Origin: Desulfobacteraceae bacterium
GTDB lineage: Bacteria > Desulfobacterota > Desulfobacteria > Desulfobacterales > ETH-SRB1
Direction of reading: 5' to 3'
NCBI GenBank assembly: GCA_013792055.1
Contig: VMSQ01000078.1
Coordinates: 1 to 39,597, forward strand
Length of the DNA stretch: 39,597 nucleotides
The position numbers and the translations under genes are program-made. Under the pieces are notes generated by a model that worked only from the letters and a program-made list of their open reading frames with translations, searched no databases and was not told where the DNA came from. The stretch's first letter is position 1. Every line of letters starts with the position of its first letter. This document shows, in pieces, positions 35,196-39,597 of this stretch.

Positions 35196-35241
35196 CATCC
35201 TTCACTTGATTATTTGCTACAAGAATTGTATCAATCATTTC
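35196..35241. repeat. Repeat A' (partner of 15994-16039)
   Basis: 42/46 identical, same orientation. Confidence 0.8.
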
Positions 35242-35300
35242 TTTTGATGGCCCGGCAAATTGGTTTCGAAGTGCGTCCACCATGGGGAGCCAAGAATTTA

Positions 35301-35337
35301 AGCCCGGCCATATTAGTGGTCGGGCTTTTTTATTTTT
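35301..35337 (+). terminator. Orphan rho-independent-type terminator
   Basis: agcccggcc / ggtcgggct stem (8 Watson-Crick pairs plus 1 G-U), 8-nt loop, then tttttatttttat. No convincing plus-strand gene ends just upstream. Confidence 0.45.
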
Positions 35338-35383
35338 ATGAAACAACTCGCAATTTTATCCTGTTAATACCTAACTCGTTATA

Positions 35384-35411
35384 TTGACATTATAGAAAAT
35401 ATTGATATTAT
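35384..35411 (+). promoter_or_regulatory. Candidate sigma70 promoter of the HD-GYP gene
   Basis: TTGACA (35384-35389), a 16-nt spacer, then TATTAT (35406-35411). It is embedded in a tandem 18-bp repeat (35381-35398 / 35399-35416, 17/18 identical), ~55 nt upstream of the ATG. Confidence 0.5.
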
Positions 35412-35465
35412 AGAAAGAAAATCAGGTCTTAATAAAAACATGAATAATAATTTGCAGGGGTCTTT

Positions 35466-36380
35466 ATGACTACTTTAAAATTAAATTACGATGTTTTTAC
35501 GTTGGATAACAGGCAGCTTTTCCAGGCCGGGGCTATAGTATCAAGCAGCATTGTAGAAGAACTGATTTCTACACATAAAAGTCATTCCGATAAAACCTCC
35601 TCTCTTTTAAAACATGGTTCAATAAAAGATAATATACTATTATTTTTCTCCCAGCCGCCATATGACACCATTTTTTCTGACGAAAAACGGACAGCAGGCC
35701 TCCTGGATCTTATGGAGCAGGTCAATGTGCCATATCCCATATTAGAAACAATGGACTATTTCAAAATTAATGATTTTTACACATACCGCCATTTTTTAAT
35801 GGTTTATGCCCTTTCAACTCTTTTAGCCCAAGATCTTATGGGGAATCATAATGATATGCTGAAAGAAGTTTTGGCAGGCCCGACCCATGACTTAGGAAAA
35901 ATTTGCGTGCCTTTACACATTCTAAAAAAGACCGATCCGCTGACAAGGTCGGAGCGCCTGTTCCTTGAGCACCATACCATAGCGGGCTATATTCTCCAAA
36001 GCTACTACCTCGGTGACAGCAAAAATTTTTCAGCTATGGCAGCCAGAGACCATCATGAAAGAAGAGACGGTTCAGGTTATCCCTACGGTATTCATCTGGA
36101 TGACCGTTTGGTTGAAATAGTTGTTGCAAGTGACGTTTATGATGCCTTGATTTCGCCAAGACCTTACAGGCGGATTTCATATGATAACCGGACAGCTCTG
36201 GAAGAAATTTCAGTGATGGCGGAAAAAGGTAAAATAAGCTGGGAAATAGTCCAGGCGCTTGTCGCTGTCAATCGCAAAGGCCAACCCCATTACAGCAAAT
36301 GCATAGTATCATTGGATAAAAGGGGCATACCCCCGCCTGATAATGTTTACGGCATTACGGTGGATGAAGAAACTCAATAA
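35466..36380 (+). CDS. HD-GYP domain protein (putative cyclic-di-GMP phosphodiesterase)
   Basis: 304 aa. Motifs: HDLGKICVP, EHHTIAGY, HHERRDGSGYPYG, DVYDAL. Confidence 0.85.
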   Translation: MTTLKLNYDVFTLDNRQLFQAGAIVSSSIVEELISTHKSHSDKTSSLLKHGSIKDNILLFFSQPPYDTIFSDEKRTAGLLDLMEQVNVPYPILETMDYFKINDFYTYRHFLMVYALSTLLAQDLMGNHNDMLKEVLAGPTHDLGKICVPLHILKKTDPLTRSERLFLEHHTIAGYILQSYYLGDSKNFSAMAARDHHERRDGSGYPYGIHLDDRLVEIVVASDVYDALISPRPYRRISYDNRTALEEISVMAEKGKISWEIVQALVAVNRKGQPHYSKCIVSLDKRGIPPPDNVYGITVDEETQ

Positions 36381-36389
36381 CGATATCGT

Positions 36390-36450
36390 CAAATAGTTGA
36401 GTGGGAAAATGGTTGAGCAGGGAAAGATTTAACTACTTAACGAGGTCTAA
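36390..36450. repeat. Intergenic repeat element, copy 2 (see 3610-3702)
   Basis: Begins just after the HD-GYP stop. Shares agt..agtgggaaaatggt.gag and ttaactactt with the hisS-aspS spacer. Confidence 0.5.
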
Positions 36451-36460
36451 CTAAAGCAAT

Positions 36461-36862
36461 TTATTTGATTTTCAAACAATTTTTTATTTCTTTAATATGC
36501 TTTTCTGCATGATCATAATTGCGGGTATTAGATAATATCATCAGGTGGTTAGATGCATCAATCGGAGATTCACCCCTGCTGTCTAAAAGCATCTTATACC
36601 AAGTTGGCAAATTTTCGTTATAGCTTGCAGAAAGCTCAACCGAATTCTGTCGGTTCGCTTTAACCCATTCTTTTGTCTGTAATTTTATTTTTTTGCCAGT
36701 AGCTTCATTGTCTTTGGATTTATAATAATATTTAATAGTTAAAGCCACTTTATTTTTTATCTTCCGGTAGCCTAAAATCGGACGTACCCAGAAATACATT
36801 ATTATATACCCCAAAATCCCTGAAACGAAACTGATTATTGCCACAACATATATAGGTCCCAT
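36461..36862 (-). CDS. Hypothetical membrane-anchored protein
   Basis: 133 aa. The N-terminal hydrophobic helix is IYVVAIISFVSGILGYIIMYFWV. No recognised domain. Confidence 0.55.
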   Translation of the reverse strand: MGPIYVVAIISFVSGILGYIIMYFWVRPILGYRKIKNKVALTIKYYYKSKDNEATGKKIKLQTKEWVKANRQNSVELSASYNENLPTWYKMLLDSRGESPIDASNHLMILSNTRNYDHAEKHIKEIKNCLKIK

Positions 36863-37051
36863 GTATATTCCTCAGTTATGATTATAAAATCTTGCATCTG
36901 GTTTCAGAATAAAGTAATAGAATTTATGTGTCAATCAAGAAGGAAGGAAATTCTGTATATTAAATTTAATCCGCAGATTGCACAGATTACACAGATTTTC
37001 GTGAATTGTTGGGTTTAATTCCCAGAAGCTTGCTGCGGGGTAGTTCATCTT

Positions 37052-37600
37052 ATGAAAAATTATATCGCAGTAATAATAACTATCATCTTTCTCATATGTC
37101 CATCTGTCTGCTTTTCCTCTTATCTTATTGAGTTAAAAAACGGCTCGAAATTTATAACTAATCAATATTGGGAAGAGGGTAGTCAGATAAAATTTTACTA
37201 TTCCGGCGGAGTTGTGGGGATTGAAAAAGACCTGGTACGGAAAATCGGGGAGTCTGATCTGCCATATATAGTGGAAGAACCACGACCTGCAATAAAAGAA
37301 GATGCCAAGGCAGAAGCTGAATACAAACCAGAACCAGAGCAGGAAAAAGAGATCCCATTGCAACCTTATCCTGAAAAAGAAGCCTTTCTTAAAGAAAAAA
37401 TGCGTATCGCAACGGAAATCGAGTCTGTTTCCGCTGCCTTCAGGGAGGCAAAATCAAAAAACGATCGTAAGCAAATGCAAGTGGAAAGAAAAAGGCTTCT
37501 CTCCTTACAGACAGAGCTTTCAAAACTTTGCGAGAAGGTAAGGGCTGATCATGGAGGGCAAACGCCTGCCTGGTGGGATGCGCCACTCCCTGCCCCTTAG
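37052..37600 (+). CDS. Hypothetical secreted protein (paralogue of 39121-39597)
   Basis: 182 aa. Signal-peptide-like N-terminus, then SYLIELKNGSKFITNQYWEEGSQIKFYYSGGVVGIEKD, matching SYIIKLKSGSEIIVYSYWREGNKILFHYYGGTVGFPND in the paralogue. K/E-rich tail. Confidence 0.65.
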   Translation: MKNYIAVIITIIFLICPSVCFSSYLIELKNGSKFITNQYWEEGSQIKFYYSGGVVGIEKDLVRKIGESDLPYIVEEPRPAIKEDAKAEAEYKPEPEQEKEIPLQPYPEKEAFLKEKMRIATEIESVSAAFREAKSKNDRKQMQVERKRLLSLQTELSKLCEKVRADHGGQTPAWWDAPLPAP

Positions 37601-38802
37601 TTTAGGACCTCTCTCCATGATACGATGTCGACCGTATCGGAAAGCCATTTATCTTTCAAGGCCGTGTCAAAGTAAACCTCGCCCGAGTTCTTTATATCTA
37701 CTTCACTGGCCCAGATCATGCCGTAGACATCTGCACTGTGTTTAAGGACGACGTTAGCATAAGGAGCGTACACTGTTCCCTTGAAGGTGCTGCCGTGCTT
37801 GAAGTCGATCAGGTCCGTTGAATTGGAGAAAATGGTGAAATCCGGGGGGTTCCCTGTAAGGTTAATGCTGGATCCATTCTTGGCGTCTAAGCCCCCAGTT
37901 AAATAAATATTAACTTCTCCACTGCTTGCATCGATGTTCAGTGTTGATCCATTTTTCAATTCAATGGAGGCCAGGTAATAATTGCCTGCTGTCAATGTCA
38001 TGCTATCTCCATTCCCCAGGGAGATAGTATTTCCAGTGATTCCGGCACTGGTATTATCGTTGGTAACGCTGTATGTCACAAAATCGGCAGCCAAATCTCC
38101 ACCTATGGCCCCCAGCGGGTCGGGATCCACCCGGGGCACATCTGCCACCTGACCGGTAACTGTAGGAGTACCTGTTGCCGTATAGACTGCCTCAGTACCT
38201 GTGTCATCTTCGCCCAGTCCCACATCTCCATCTATATAAGTTCCGTTATGCACTCTAACTTCCCCGTTGGAACCGACGTCCCCTTCACTGGTAGAATCGG
38301 CGGGAACCGGACTCGGAGTTACTGAAGAATCGTAGCTGTAAACAGCGCCATTACTTTTCATGTCGAGCTTTTTGTCCCCAAACGCACCGTATTGGAAAAG
38401 AGAGTCTCTGGCAAAGACCAGTTCTATGGTGCTGCTGGCATTGCCTGAGTGGCCGGTAGCCTGAAAGCTGTAGTTGCTGGTGGTTCCCACCTGTGTAAGG
38501 GTTGTAATAGTATCAAATGAAAAGCCGGCCGGTGCGGTGTAGTTCACGGTTACGCTACTACCGCTGAGAGACAGCGTATCGTTAGCGAGGCCGTCTTCAA
38601 TCATGGCAATTGCGTATTGACCGCCGGCCTCGGCATCATAAAATGCCTGCTCGCTGAGCTTGTAATTGGTTCCTATTTTAAGATCAGTTGTTGTAATTAT
38701 AACAGCCGTGGTTCCCAACAACGCCAAAATAGCCAAAAACATAAGGCCGACAGGAAGAACAAATCCTTTTTCATTATTGTATGTCATTCTTATGACCTGC
38801 AC
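37597..38802 (-). CDS. PilX-N-terminal-domain pilus assembly protein (minor-pilin-like)
   Basis: 401 aa. The GTG start has GAAGG 5 nt upstream. The N-terminus GFVLPVGLMFLAILALLGTTAVIITTTDLKIGTNY...AFYDAEAGGQYA is typical of PilX-like proteins. The C-terminus is G/T/S/D-rich and beta-helix-like. Confidence 0.7.
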   Translation of the reverse strand: MQVIRMTYNNEKGFVLPVGLMFLAILALLGTTAVIITTTDLKIGTNYKLSEQAFYDAEAGGQYAIAMIEDGLANDTLSLSGSSVTVNYTAPAGFSFDTITTLTQVGTTSNYSFQATGHSGNASSTIELVFARDSLFQYGAFGDKKLDMKSNGAVYSYDSSVTPSPVPADSTSEGDVGSNGEVRVHNGTYIDGDVGLGEDDTGTEAVYTATGTPTVTGQVADVPRVDPDPLGAIGGDLAADFVTYSVTNDNTSAGITGNTISLGNGDSMTLTAGNYYLASIELKNGSTLNIDASSGEVNIYLTGGLDAKNGSSINLTGNPPDFTIFSNSTDLIDFKHGSTFKGTVYAPYANVVLKHSADVYGMIWASEVDIKNSGEVYFDTALKDKWLSDTVDIVSWREVLN

Positions 38803-39120
38803 GTTGGCCTTCTTCCTTTAATGCTCAGGCGATATTATGTTACAAAGCAACATTCATAGGCGTTATCACAGAAGTCAGAGTGTAATCCCTGTAACCGCCA
38901 TTTCGGATAGGCTCGGTAGTCCTATCGCTTATTGTAATCCTTATCTGTCGAATAAGGGTAGCGTCGACATTTCGGAACGAAACGCTAAATTTGTCAATAT
39001 TTTCGGCAAATAGTTATTTATAGTTTTGATTTTTAAGGTTTGCGCTTAATTTCAAAATAAAGTAACAAGCCTTATGTGTCAATCAAGAATAAGAACGCCC
39101 ATATAATTTTTGGGGGTGTT

Positions 39121-39597
39121 ATGAAAAAACTGCTACTATTAATAATTTTATTGCTAATTCCTTCAACATGTATTGCCTCTTATATCATAAAGCTAAAGTC
39201 CGGCAGTGAAATCATAGTTTATAGTTATTGGCGGGAAGGTAACAAAATATTGTTCCATTATTATGGTGGAACAGTTGGTTTTCCCAATGACAGTATAGAA
39301 TCAATTGATGAGTTATCAGAACATTCTGATTTCCCAAACGATATTATACCGGAAAAGAAAATTAAATATGAGAAAACAGCAGAAATAGATGAATCCCGGC
39401 CAACATCAAAAGATTTAGAGACAAAAAATAAAAAAATCAGCCTTGTTAACAGGTTGAAAAATCAGCAAAAAAAATTGGAACAAGACATATCAAGAGACAA
39501 AGAAAAAATGTGGATTGAACGTAGAAAGAGAAAAATAAAAGATATAATCACTGAGATAGATAGCCTGGCAAAGGAACTCATGGAGAAAAATAACGGA
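39121..39597 (+). CDS. Hypothetical secreted protein (partial, runs off window end; paralogue of 37052-37600)
   Basis: ATG at 39121 after GGGGGTG. The frame stays open to the window end (159 codons). Signal peptide MKKLLLLIILLLIPSTCIA. Confidence 0.65.
   Translation, partial: MKKLLLLIILLLIPSTCIASYIIKLKSGSEIIVYSYWREGNKILFHYYGGTVGFPNDSIESIDELSEHSDFPNDIIPEKKIKYEKTAEIDESRPTSKDLETKNKKISLVNRLKNQQKKLEQDISRDKEKMWIERRKRKIKDIITEIDSLAKELMEKNNG

Larger units (their letters stand above)
5627..35241. mobile_element. tRNA-Asn-associated integrative island (right boundary approximate)
   Basis: The left edge is set by the tRNA and the recombinase. The 5.6-15.8 kb ORFs are all minus-strand and MGE-type (recombinase, HTH, primase-helicase). 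Defence-type cargo spans 16.4-34.8 kb. Host-type genes and the host intergenic repeat family resume at 35.4-36.4 kb. No att sites are identifiable from one sequence. Confidence 0.5.

Noticed and set aside
35115-35387. 90-aa plus-strand ORF
   Set aside because: It has a TTG start without an RBS. It spans repeat A' and the terminator hairpin. Its hydrophobic tail is encoded by the T-tract. It is more likely non-coding.

Overview
Bacterial chromosomal window. The gene content looks Desulfobacterota-like, but that is only a guess.

- **1-5.6 kb:** housekeeping genes (polA 5' end, CoA-binding protein, panB, hisS, aspS), ending in tRNA-Asn(GTT).
- **5.6 to about 35 kb:** an integrative island abutting the tRNA.
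  - The minus-strand backbone carries a large serine recombinase, a HigA-type HTH protein, a small MGE protein and a Toprim + P-loop primase-helicase. It also carries several ORFs with no domain I can recognise, and a visibly more AT-rich 63-aa/540-aa pair.
  - Plus-strand cargo (i): a tightly packed five-ORF operon at 16.4-30.3 kb. It encodes an SNF2 helicase-DUF3883, a 1390-aa sacsin/MORC-like GHKL ATPase, a DUF1156 DNA methyltransferase interrupted by one in-frame TGA, and a HEPN-DUF499 ATPase. This is my top candidate for an uncharacterised defence system.
  - Cargo (ii): a 1.7 kb ORF-poor region with C-rich motifs and two ~85-nt hairpin units that show compensatory base changes.
  - Cargo (iii): an AT-rich RNase HI-domain gene bracketed by a perfect 26-bp direct repeat.
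  - Cargo (iv): a DUF262 + HEPN gene pair.
- **35.4-39.6 kb:** an HD-GYP protein, a small membrane protein, and a PilX-like minor pilin flanked by two paralogous secreted-protein genes.

No rRNA, CRISPR array or transposase was seen. All domain calls rest on motif recognition by eye, not on searches.
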